DNA of 54,024 nucleotides from a virus. Its lineage: Duplodnaviria > Caudoviricetes. Both the position numbers and the translations under genes were made by a program. The notes below the pieces were generated by a model. It was given only the letters and a program-made list of their open reading frames with translations, had not been told where the DNA came from and did not search any database. Below, in pieces: positions 33,093 to 42,018 of the stretch (position 1 is its first letter; each line of letters opens with the position of its first letter). Location: the IMG/VR virus record IMGVR_UViG_3300045994_000081, positions 1 to 54,024 of that record; one strand, 5' to 3'.

Positions 33093-33342
33093 TCCGGGCA
33101 CCCCGTTTTCAAGAGCTCTGCGCGAGTTTATCATCGCGCTTCCTAAAGAACGGACGTTCCACGTTCACAACCTTGCACCGATTATCAGTGCGCACGGTTC
33201 AACGCAAAACTGCGCACAGGTACACTTGACTCGGTACGCAGACAAGGGCTATATTAAACGGGTAGGTGAAGTTCCTAACCCTGTGAAAGGACGTAAACCG
33301 TCCGCACGTTATAAAGTAATATCATTTCCGGAGAGCGAATAA
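33085..33342 (+). CDS. Putative winged-helix DNA-binding protein
   Basis: 85 aa; HLTRYADKGYIKRVG...GRKPSARY. Confidence 0.55.
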   Translation: MASPGTPFSRALREFIIALPKERTFHVHNLAPIISAHGSTQNCAQVHLTRYADKGYIKRVGEVPNPVKGRKPSARYKVISFPESE

Positions 33343-33801
33343 ATGGTCATTCACGTTGTCAACAAAGGTAAAACAGGCGAGCGAGAAGTATGCACATTGC
33401 TCAACGCGCAACTCGTTCACATTAAGGAACGCAATCCGCTAGACGCTCGCACGCTAGAGCTTCTGGACGGACTTGTGCAGCGCAACCAAAATCAGTCCGC
33501 AGTAGGCGGAGGTGATATTAACCTGCTCGGTCTTAGCATTGAGGTAAAACGCTGCGAAACACTTGAGGTCGAAAAGTGGTGGAAGCAAGCGTCTACCAGT
33601 GCAGCGCGCAACCAAGACCGACCCGTGCTGATATACCGTCAGAACCGCAAGGCGTGGACTGTGGTTATGGACGGTATGCTCCCGCTGGACAAGGGTATCG
33701 AAGTCAAAGCGCGTGTCACCATTACCCTTGAAGCTTTTATAGGCTGGTTTCACCTGTATGCAACAGGACAAATCCTTGCAGGGAACTTGACCCGTGTATA
33801 A
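33343..33801 (+). CDS. Holliday-junction-resolvase-like PD-(D/E)XK endonuclease
   Basis: KGKTGERE, GGDI, IEVKR, WWKQA, PVLIYRQNR..W. Confidence 0.8.
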   Translation: MVIHVVNKGKTGEREVCTLLNAQLVHIKERNPLDARTLELLDGLVQRNQNQSAVGGGDINLLGLSIEVKRCETLEVEKWWKQASTSAARNQDRPVLIYRQNRKAWTVVMDGMLPLDKGIEVKARVTITLEAFIGWFHLYATGQILAGNLTRV

Positions 33802-33919
33802 ATGGGCAAGACGAAGCGGACTGATGGCGCTGTATCTGGCAGGGTTCGCAATGGGTACGAAGTGGAGCGGATGGATTGTGTTCGCTTGCTTCTTTTGGGC
33901 ATTTCTCGCGCTGGATTAA
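33794..33919 (+). CDS. 41-aa hydrophobic peptide (not in ORF track)
   Basis: GTG start; MYKWARRSGLMALYLAGFAMGTKWSGWIVFACFFWAFLALD. Confidence 0.4.
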   Translation: MYKWARRSGLMALYLAGFAMGTKWSGWIVFACFFWAFLALD

Positions 33920-33925
33920 CAACGC

Positions 33926-33955
33926 TTGCTAGAACTACAAGGCTTCGTTTATGCT
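33926..33955 (+). promoter_or_regulatory. Possible promoter for the packaging/structural operon
   Basis: TTGCTA-N18-TATGCT upstream of terS. Confidence 0.4.
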
Positions 33956-33982
33956 TAAGGCACGTTTCTAAAAGGACATAAC

Positions 33983-34468
33983 GTGCAACCCGATCCGCAA
34001 CTGCTAGACGAATGGACTAGAAAGTCAATGGCACAACCGTTGACCGATGGCGAGCGAGCATTGCGCGTCAAGTTTGTTCGCGAGTACCTTGTAGACTACG
34101 ATGCAAGGCTTGCAGCTATGCGGTGCGGGTTCATGTCTACCTTTGCTGAAGATTACGCGAATAAGTTCATGCTCGAACCTATTGTGCAACAGCTGATAAA
34201 AGAGTACGAGCATGACAGCGGGATAGATAACCAAGACGACCGCGATAAGCAGACGGTCAAGGCTACACTTAGACGTGAAATGCAGCAAGGTTCTCCAGCC
34301 AGCAGGGTGTCCGCTGCGAATACAATGGCGAAGCTTTTGGGAATGGAAGCGCCCGTCAAGACGGTTGCTGAAGTGACAATGAAATCAGCTGTTCAGTTTT
34401 ACTTACCGCACAACGGACGTGACCCATTGCCCGAAGGTTCCACGCTACAAACGCAGGAAGCTTTATAG
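33983..34468 (+). CDS. terS: Terminase small subunit
   Basis: KFVREYLVDYDARLAAMRCGF; directly upstream of terL. Confidence 0.85.
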   Translation: MQPDPQLLDEWTRKSMAQPLTDGERALRVKFVREYLVDYDARLAAMRCGFMSTFAEDYANKFMLEPIVQQLIKEYEHDSGIDNQDDRDKQTVKATLRREMQQGSPASRVSAANTMAKLLGMEAPVKTVAEVTMKSAVQFYLPHNGRDPLPEGSTLQTQEAL

Positions 34469-35931
34469 TGCGTATCGGACCTCAGTCAGGCCCACAAGAA
34501 CAGTTTTTAGCCGCAAGCGCAGACATCGCAATCTACGGGGGTGCGGCGGGTTCTGGTAAAACGTGGGCGGAATTGCTTGAACCTTTAAGGCATGTGACCA
34601 CGAATAAGGATTTCGCAGCGGTATTCTTTCGTCGTACAACCGTCCAGATCCGCAACGTAGGCGGCTTGTGGGACGCGTCCATGCGGTTGTATCCGCTGGT
34701 AGGCGCATCGCCCACCGCGCACGTTTTAGAGTGGCACTGGCCTGAAGGCGGTAAGGTCAAGATGGCGCACTTAGAACACGAGTCCACCGTGTTCGATTGG
34801 CAAGGGTCTGAAATACCGCTTATCCTGTTTGACGAGCTTACGCACTTCACCCAAAACCAGTTCTTCTACATGCTGTCACGAAACCGCTCAATGTGCGGTA
34901 TCAAGCCTTATGTCAGAGCGACCTGCAACCCTGACGCGGATAGCTGGGTTGCAAAGTTTATTGCGTGGTGGATAGACCAAGAAACCGGATTCCCGATACC
35001 CGAACGAAGCGGGATTGTGCGCTGGTTCATACGTCTAAACGACGTTGTGATATGGGGCGATTCGCGGGAAGAACTTGTGGTTAAATACGGGGACGCAGGC
35101 TTACCAGCGGAAGACCCTTCACAACCTCAGCCTAAGTCCGTCACCTTTGTACCTGGCAAGCTATCTGACAACCCTGCACTGATGAAAGCTGACCCTGGCT
35201 ACCTTGCAAACTTGAAGGCGCTACCAGTTGTAGAACAGGCGCGTCTATTGGGAGGTAACTGGAAGATAAGACCTGCGGCTGGTCTGTACTTTAAGAGATC
35301 GTGGTGTGAGATTGTTGACGTACTTCCGCATGACCTTGAAGTGGTTCGTTACTGGGACTTAGCTGCAACCGAGAAGACAGACAGCAATGACCCTGACTGG
35401 ACTGTGGGCGTCAAACTTGGAAAGAGTAGGGCGACGGGTGTATATTATGTGGCAGATGTGCGTCGAGACCGCTTGAGTCCTTTGGGCGTGGAACTGTTAA
35501 TTGAAAATACTGCAAGCCTGGACGATTACGCGGTGACAATAGGTATTCCGCAAGACCCAGGACAGGCAGGTAAGTCACAGTCTCAAGCATTTATAAGACG
35601 GATGGCAAAGTACACAATCCGCGCATTTCGAGAAGCTGGGCAGGGCGATAAGATTGTTCGTTTCGGTCCATTTAGTGCGCAAGCGCAAGGCGGGAACGTA
35701 AAGATATTGCGAGGAGCTTGGAACGAAGATTATTTTACTGCGCTTGAAGCATTCCCATCCAGCGCACACGACGACGATGTAGACGGTACGTCAGGCGCTT
35801 ACCGTATGCTGACAAACAGTAATACCGGACTTCTTGACTATTATAGGGAAGCGGCGGAGAAGGTTGAAAAAGAACGTGCAGCGTCCGCAGGTACAAACAA
35901 AGCGAGCGCATTTATTCAGGCTTTCAGTTAA
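34468..35931 (+). CDS. terL: Terminase large subunit
   Basis: PQSGPQ, YGGAAGSGKT, FDELTHF, ATCNP, WDLAAT, HDDDVD. Confidence 0.95.
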   Translation: MRIGPQSGPQEQFLAASADIAIYGGAAGSGKTWAELLEPLRHVTTNKDFAAVFFRRTTVQIRNVGGLWDASMRLYPLVGASPTAHVLEWHWPEGGKVKMAHLEHESTVFDWQGSEIPLILFDELTHFTQNQFFYMLSRNRSMCGIKPYVRATCNPDADSWVAKFIAWWIDQETGFPIPERSGIVRWFIRLNDVVIWGDSREELVVKYGDAGLPAEDPSQPQPKSVTFVPGKLSDNPALMKADPGYLANLKALPVVEQARLLGGNWKIRPAAGLYFKRSWCEIVDVLPHDLEVVRYWDLAATEKTDSNDPDWTVGVKLGKSRATGVYYVADVRRDRLSPLGVELLIENTASLDDYAVTIGIPQDPGQAGKSQSQAFIRRMAKYTIRAFREAGQGDKIVRFGPFSAQAQGGNVKILRGAWNEDYFTALEAFPSSAHDDDVDGTSGAYRMLTNSNTGLLDYYREAAEKVEKERAASAGTNKASAFIQAFS

Positions 35932-35940
35932 GGATTAACA

Positions 35941-38208
35941 ATGACAAACGTAAAGACTCCGATAGACAAGAATTTTGCGGATCGGCTTGCTGGTGCCTGG
36001 AACGTACTCACCGGAAAAGCGTCTACCGCTCAAGTGGATGATGGCGGCGCATGGTTCGGACCGCTTAATCCGCCAACGCCTACGGTGACAGGTGAAGCTC
36101 AGGTTGCAAGCGTAACAGGACGCCAGTTCGACTTTCCTACGGGCTACAACTTACGTCAACGCCCTCGCAGCGGTGACGCAGTTACCTTTGATCAGATGCG
36201 TGCGCTTGCTGACAACTGCGATATTCTGCGTCTGGTAATCGAAACACGAAAAGACCAGTTGTCTAAAATGAAGTTCCACATTAAACCGATTGAGGAAGAG
36301 GACAAGGTTGACGACCGCTGCAAGGAAGTTGAAAGCTTCTTTAAGCTTCCCGACGGTGAGAACAGTTGGAACGATTGGTTGCGTCAGTTGCTGGAAGAAC
36401 AGTTGGTGACAGACGCTGCAACCATTTACCCGCGAATGACGAACGCTGGTAAACCTTATCGCATGGAACTGATGGACGGCACAACTATCAAGCGCGTTCT
36501 AGACCATCGCGGTCGTACCCCTGACGCACCTTTGCCAGCGTACCAACAAGTTCTGAAAGGAATGACCGCTGTTGACTATACGGCGGACGAACTTATTTAC
36601 GCACCGCGCAACAAGCGCGTGAGCAAGGTTTATGGCTATAGTCCGGTAGAGCAAATTATTATGACGGTTAATATTGCAATCCGTCGCCAGTTGCATCAAT
36701 TGCAATACTATACCGAAGGAAGCAGACCTGACTTGCTGTTTCAAGTTCCTGCAGATTGGAATAACGAAGCAATCACCGCGTTTAATGAGTGGTGGGCAAC
36801 CACGTTGAGCGGGGACACCGCTTCACGCAGGAAAGGACAGTTCGTTCCTAATGGCGTGACACCTATCAACCTGAAAGAAGACATTCTTAAAGATGCTTAT
36901 GACGAGTGGCTTGCGCGGATTGTTTGTTATTGCTTCAGCGTACCGCCTACGCCGTTTGTGGCACAGATGAACAAAGCGACCGCACAGACTGCACAGGATG
37001 CAGCACTTGAGGAAGGTCTATTTCCTATCATGCTTTGGATTAAAGGCACGATGGACAAGATTATCTGGAAATACTTTGGCTATACAGATTTGGAATTCGG
37101 GTGGCAAGACCAAGAAGCAACTAACCCAAAAGACCAGAACGCAATGGATGACGTTAATGTCAAGAACGGGACTGCGACGCTTAACGAAGTTCGATTGAAG
37201 CGCGGGGATAAGAGCTTAGGACCTTTAGGCGATAAGCCCATGGTATTAACGGGACAGGGGTATGTATTGATCACAGGTGCGCCGCCTGTTGTAGCGCCCC
37301 CAGTAATGCAAAATTCCCCAACTGAAGGCGGGAACAACCCTGCTCCAACCGAACCCACCGCAAAAGACGAAACCGAAGAACCTGCACCCGCTGAACCTGA
37401 GCCCGGAACGACAAAGATTGCAAAGGCAGCAAGCAATGTGACCACAATAGACCGTTCCCAACAAGAACCGATTATTAACGACACCGCATCTAAGCTAAAG
37501 AAGCAATTCAAGAAGCTAGCGGATGCGGTTGCGTCACATGTGGTCAACAAAGTAGGCAAGGACGCAGGTAATATTATCGATCCGTTTGCAGACTTTACAT
37601 GGACAGGTTGGAGCGACGTTCAAGACTTGTTTGGCACGCAATTGGTCGCAGCGGGTACGCTAGGAGCGACGCAGGCTTACGCACAAATAAACCTTGATGA
37701 TCCATCAACCTTAGATCTTGCAAACGCGGACGCAATTCAATATTCCAAAGAACGATCCGCAGAGCTTGTTGGCAAGCGTATAAAAGCAGACGGAACAGTG
37801 ATAGATAACCCGAACCCCATATACAGCATGGAGGACGCGACGCGGGAAATGTTGCGTGCAGATGTTACCGCTGCAATGGAACAGGGCTTAAGTAACGATA
37901 AACTGGCGTCTATTCTTAAGGAAAATTACGCATTTAGCGATGAACGGGCTGAGACAATTGCACGAACAGAGACGGCGCTTGCGGACTGCAATGGGAATCT
38001 TGTACTATACCGTCGCAGTGAGCAGGTTGACTCTAAAAAGTGGATCGTAGGGGCAGACTGTTGCGATGAATGCGCAGCGTTAGACGGTGAAGTTGTGGGA
38101 CTTGAAGAGAAGTTTAGCAACGGAACAGAAGCGCCCCCAGCTCACCCGAATTGCAGATGTGATTTCATTCCAGTACTTAACGAAGACAAGGGCGGCGAAG
38201 ATGCTTAG
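35941..38208 (+). CDS. Portal protein fused to a MuF/SPP1-gp7-like minor head domain
   Basis: Portal motifs (YGYSPVEQ, TLNEVR...G); Pro/Glu linker; IARTETA, KKW, CDEC..LDG, PPAHPNCRC. Confidence 0.88.
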   Translation: MTNVKTPIDKNFADRLAGAWNVLTGKASTAQVDDGGAWFGPLNPPTPTVTGEAQVASVTGRQFDFPTGYNLRQRPRSGDAVTFDQMRALADNCDILRLVIETRKDQLSKMKFHIKPIEEEDKVDDRCKEVESFFKLPDGENSWNDWLRQLLEEQLVTDAATIYPRMTNAGKPYRMELMDGTTIKRVLDHRGRTPDAPLPAYQQVLKGMTAVDYTADELIYAPRNKRVSKVYGYSPVEQIIMTVNIAIRRQLHQLQYYTEGSRPDLLFQVPADWNNEAITAFNEWWATTLSGDTASRRKGQFVPNGVTPINLKEDILKDAYDEWLARIVCYCFSVPPTPFVAQMNKATAQTAQDAALEEGLFPIMLWIKGTMDKIIWKYFGYTDLEFGWQDQEATNPKDQNAMDDVNVKNGTATLNEVRLKRGDKSLGPLGDKPMVLTGQGYVLITGAPPVVAPPVMQNSPTEGGNNPAPTEPTAKDETEEPAPAEPEPGTTKIAKAASNVTTIDRSQQEPIINDTASKLKKQFKKLADAVASHVVNKVGKDAGNIIDPFADFTWTGWSDVQDLFGTQLVAAGTLGATQAYAQINLDDPSTLDLANADAIQYSKERSAELVGKRIKADGTVIDNPNPIYSMEDATREMLRADVTAAMEQGLSNDKLASILKENYAFSDERAETIARTETALADCNGNLVLYRRSEQVDSKKWIVGADCCDECAALDGEVVGLEEKFSNGTEAPPAHPNCRCDFIPVLNEDKGGEDA

Positions 38209-39616
38209 AGCAGCGATACAGGTTCGAAAGGGTAAGGCCCTTGTGCAAAGTACCCTGACCCAGTTTTTTGACATCCGTAAGGTAGACGAAGAGGCTCGCA
38301 TGGTCTGGGGCTATGCGTCCACTGAAGCGGTAGACTGTCAAGGTGAGGTTATTACCAAAGACGCAATGAAGGCAGCGTGGACGGACTATATGAAGTTCGC
38401 TAACGTGCGCGAGATGCATCAGCCTTCCGCGGTAGGTCTTGTTAAAGAATACGAATTTGACGATGTAGGCGTTATGATAGGCGCTTACATTGTCGATGAC
38501 AACGCATGGAAGAAAGTTGTTGAAAAGGTCTACAAGGGTTTCAGCGTAGGCGGCAAGAAGCTTCCAGGCGGGTATGACCCTGCAACAAAAATTATCAGCG
38601 CGTTAGCGTTGAGCGAAATCAGTCTTGTGGACAGACCTGCTAATCCAGAGGCGCTGGTCACAATGTGGAAAGCAGATAACTTGGAGAGCTTTATGAATCC
38701 CGATGAAAATACACCAGTTGACAAACTGGCAGAACTGTTGACGAAGGGTGTTATTACACCGGAGCGTCTGTTGCAATTGATCGACGCAGACGTGAACAAG
38801 GTTGCCGAACCTGTAGTTCCTGCAACCGTTGAAAAAGCAGCTATTCAAAAGTCCTTTAGTTTGTTGTCCGCAACAGGCGATGAAGTTAAGAAGGGACTTT
38901 ATACTCTGTCATGGTTCGCGGACTTGTTGCAGAGCTTGGCTTGGCTTCAAAACGAATGCGCATGGGAAGCAGAATACGAAGAAGACGCAAGTCCACTTCC
39001 TGTCCAGCTTGCAAGCGCAGTCGCTAACCTTTCAACCTTGCTGCTGGCAATGGCGAAAGAAGAAGTTGAAGAACTGGTTGAAAGCTTAAAGCTTCCGGAC
39101 GATATGGATGCGCTGTCAATAATGACCGCGCTTGTTGCTAACTGTGACACCGCAAAAGACCTGACAAAGTTTAGCGAAATCCGAAACGTGCTTAAAGCAG
39201 GTAGCCGCAACAGCTCCGCAGACCAAGAGCTTATTCAAAAGGCACATGACGCACTGAACGAGCTGGGTGCAGTTTGTAAAGCTGCTGAACCTGACGTAGA
39301 CGACACCGCTGCGAAGTTGGCTAAGGCTGCTGAAACTGGTTCAATCGCTAAGGCGCTGGGCGACTTCGAAAAGATGGCTGGCGAACTGGGTTCTTTGCGT
39401 AAGAGCTTCGACACGCTTCAAGGCGATCACGCAACCTTGCAAAAGAAGTTTGACGAAATGCCTGTTCCGTCAAAGGGTGTTTTGAAAACTGTAGGTAAAG
39501 GCGACGATGTAGCTGACACGATTAACAAGGCAGACGTTGATACCGTTTACAAGTCAGACGGAACAGAAGATACCCTTGCAACCGCAATCAAGAAAGTACA
39601 CGCGAACCGAGTGTAA
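38201..39616 (+). CDS. Prohead protease with scaffold-like C-terminal region
   Basis: VWGYAS..VD.QGE, REMH, GFSVGG, EISLVDRPANP; start reassigned to ATG 38201. Confidence 0.88.
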   Translation: MLRAAIQVRKGKALVQSTLTQFFDIRKVDEEARMVWGYASTEAVDCQGEVITKDAMKAAWTDYMKFANVREMHQPSAVGLVKEYEFDDVGVMIGAYIVDDNAWKKVVEKVYKGFSVGGKKLPGGYDPATKIISALALSEISLVDRPANPEALVTMWKADNLESFMNPDENTPVDKLAELLTKGVITPERLLQLIDADVNKVAEPVVPATVEKAAIQKSFSLLSATGDEVKKGLYTLSWFADLLQSLAWLQNECAWEAEYEEDASPLPVQLASAVANLSTLLLAMAKEEVEELVESLKLPDDMDALSIMTALVANCDTAKDLTKFSEIRNVLKAGSRNSSADQELIQKAHDALNELGAVCKAAEPDVDDTAAKLAKAAETGSIAKALGDFEKMAGELGSLRKSFDTLQGDHATLQKKFDEMPVPSKGVLKTVGKGDDVADTINKADVDTVYKSDGTEDTLATAIKKVHANRV

Positions 39617-39677
39617 TCGGGCGCTTTATAGTAGGGCTTGAAGGCGTCCGCCTAGAGCATTTTAAAGGAGAAGTAAA

Positions 39678-41150
39678 ATGGGAAATCCAACGCAAGACAC
39701 TCTGGCTCTTATCAAAGCTGCTTACGGCACCGATGACATCAGCAAATCGATCACAACCGCCACGGGTCTGGTAGCTTATGACCTGCAAGCTCCTGCGAAG
39801 AACCTGTATCCAGTGTTCACACCGTTGCGCAATAAAATCCCTCGCGTAGGCGGCGGGAAAGGTGTTGCAACTAACTGGAAAACAATCACGTCGATCGTTG
39901 GTTCAGGCCACGATAATTCGGGCTGGATTCCAGAAGGTCAACGCTCCGGTCGTATGTCGTACACTACAGCTCCAAAGGCTGCAAACTATGTCACTATGGG
40001 CGAAGAAGACAGCGTTACATTTGAAGCAGTGAACGCGGGTAAGACATTTGAAGACGTTCGTGCCTCCATGGCTGCTCGCTTGCTGCAAAAGATGATGTTG
40101 AAAGAAGAAAACGCGATTCTGGGCGGCAATGGTTCGCTTCAGTTGGGTGTTGCAAATACTCCTGTTCTTTCTGTTGCAGGTACTACAGGCGCCCTGCCTG
40201 CGCTGACCTACAGCGTGATCGCAGTTGCGCTGACCCAAGAAGGCTATTACAACTCCAGCATCACCGGCGGGATTGCAATTGCTAAGACGGTGACTGGCGC
40301 AGATGGCGCGACGTATGTGGTCAAGGGTGGTTCGTCCAACAAGTCCGCAGCAGTTACACAAGCGGTCACACTGGGTCAAATCCTTACCGCAACCGTTCCG
40401 CTCACTGACGGTGCTATTGCTTACGCATGGTTCACTGGCGCAGCTGGCAGCGAAACTCTGCAGAAGATTACAACAACCAATCAGGTGACCTTCTCTGCTC
40501 CGCTGTCTACAGGCAATCAAGCCGCAACCGCAATCACCGCCGACAACTCTGCTAATCCTGGCCTTGCATACGACGGATTGATGACAGCAGCTTTGAACCC
40601 TGCCAATTCAGCCTACGTTGCGAAGCTTGCAGCAGGCGCGACGTTGACAGCTTCCGGTCGCGGTTCGGTTGTGGAAATTGACACAATGTTCCAAAAGATG
40701 TGGGACAGTTACCAGTTGAGCCCGTCTGTTATCTATTGCAACAGCCAGGAAATCGCTGGTATCACCAACAAGGTAATGACGTCTGCAACAGGTACTCTGC
40801 TCCGTTACAACCAAGACGGAACGAAAGGCGATCCATATGCGATTGTTGCTGGTGGTGTTGTGTCCAGTTACTTCAACCCGTACATGCCAGACGGTGGTGC
40901 AATCATTCCGGTGAAGATCCATCCTAAGGTTCCGCCCGGTACGATTATTGCGTGGTGCGAAAGCCTGCCAATGTATTACCAGAACAACGAGGTAGAGAAC
41001 GTGGCGGAAATTAAAACCCGTCAAGACTATTACCAAATTGACTGGGCAATTCGTACCCGTCAATACGAGACCGGCGTTTACGCGGAATCCGTGTTGGCGA
41101 TCTACGCACCTTTCGCGCTGGGTATCATTACCAACATCACAGCGGGTTAA
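39678..41150 (+). CDS. Major capsid protein with an inserted beta-rich domain
   Basis: Follows the protease; YDLQAPAK..YPVFTPLRN.IPR, EENAILGG; strong RBS and downstream terminator. Confidence 0.88.
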   Translation: MGNPTQDTLALIKAAYGTDDISKSITTATGLVAYDLQAPAKNLYPVFTPLRNKIPRVGGGKGVATNWKTITSIVGSGHDNSGWIPEGQRSGRMSYTTAPKAANYVTMGEEDSVTFEAVNAGKTFEDVRASMAARLLQKMMLKEENAILGGNGSLQLGVANTPVLSVAGTTGALPALTYSVIAVALTQEGYYNSSITGGIAIAKTVTGADGATYVVKGGSSNKSAAVTQAVTLGQILTATVPLTDGAIAYAWFTGAAGSETLQKITTTNQVTFSAPLSTGNQAATAITADNSANPGLAYDGLMTAALNPANSAYVAKLAAGATLTASGRGSVVEIDTMFQKMWDSYQLSPSVIYCNSQEIAGITNKVMTSATGTLLRYNQDGTKGDPYAIVAGGVVSSYFNPYMPDGGAIIPVKIHPKVPPGTIIAWCESLPMYYQNNEVENVAEIKTRQDYYQIDWAIRTRQYETGVYAESVLAIYAPFALGIITNITAG

Positions 41151-41155
41151 TGAAT

Positions 41156-41183
41156 AGCGCGGGGCGAAAGCTCCGCGCTTTCT
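41156..41183 (+). terminator. Terminator-like hairpin after the capsid gene
   Basis: AGCGCGGGGC-GAAA-GCTCCGCGCT-TTCT. Confidence 0.7.
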
Positions 41184-41195
41184 AAGGAGATTCAG

Positions 41196-41420
41196 ATGGA
41201 AATTAAATACAAGGTATTCTCTGCAAACAGTCAAAAGCTTGACGCAGAAGTTACATTACCCGACAACACGAAAGCAACGGTTCAGGTCGAAGGTTTTGTC
41301 GTGCAGCTCACAACTGAAGACCATGGCACCGTTCGCCTTCAGTTTATTGGTGCAGATGTTGAAACAGCGAAAGCGACCTTTGTTGAAGGTGCTGCAATTA
41401 CTGCAACATTCGGGGCGTAG
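41196..41420 (+). CDS. Small virion-module protein
   Basis: 74 aa, AAGGAG SD. Confidence 0.7.
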   Translation: MEIKYKVFSANSQKLDAEVTLPDNTKATVQVEGFVVQLTTEDHGTVRLQFIGADVETAKATFVEGAAITATFGA

Positions 41421-41421
41421 T

Positions 41422-41610
41422 ATGGAACAAGCTCTCCGCGCTGGTAACACGCCCAAAGAAATAACCGTCAGCGCAATCATTACCCGCGCAAACGGTAAAG
41501 TAGAGAACCTTGGAACTGTTTCGTATTGGCATCGAAGCATCTTCAAGCGCGCTCTGTACATAATCAAGAAGCATTTCAAAGGGGAACGCTATGCTTTCAT
41601 CCGTCCTTAG
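41422..41610 (+). CDS. Small virion-module protein
   Basis: ATG 41422; AIITRANGKVENLGTVSYWH. Confidence 0.6.
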   Translation: MEQALRAGNTPKEITVSAIITRANGKVENLGTVSYWHRSIFKRALYIIKKHFKGERYAFIRP

Positions 41611-42007
41611 CTTTAAATTTATCTGCGTCGCGCTTGCAACCGTATTCGCGAACGCTGGTAAAGCAATCACTACGAACCGTCTTAAGGGTTCAGGTACTGA
41701 GCCAAATTATTGCGCCTGGGGTACGGGCGCGGGAACGGCTGCAATCACTGACACAACCTTGTTCACCGAGTCCGCACAGGAATCCCGTGTTGCAGGTACA
41801 AGCGCGCAGGTGACCACAACGGTGACGAACGATACTTATCAGGTGGTCGGGACGCTTACCTGTGCAACGGCAGGCAAGACCATTACAAACGCAGGCCTGT
41901 TCGACGCGTCTACGACCGGTAACATGTTCATCAAAGGGGACTTTACGGGTATCGCGCTCAACATTGGTGATTCTATTCAGTTCACCTTCCAAACGCAGTT
42001 CAGCTAA
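41591..42007 (+). CDS. Collar/head-fibre base-like structural protein
   Basis: AWGTG....DTTLFTE...R, ITNAGLFDA...GNM, GDSIQFT. Confidence 0.65.
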   Translation: MLSSVLSFKFICVALATVFANAGKAITTNRLKGSGTEPNYCAWGTGAGTAAITDTTLFTESAQESRVAGTSAQVTTTVTNDTYQVVGTLTCATAGKTITNAGLFDASTTGNMFIKGDFTGIALNIGDSIQFTFQTQFS

Positions 42008-42018
42008 TAAGGCTGACG

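Noticed and set aside
41422-42007. Frameshift fusion of the two small head-module ORFs
   Set aside because: Would need a +1 shift, and the second ORF has its own SD (AAGGGG) and ATG
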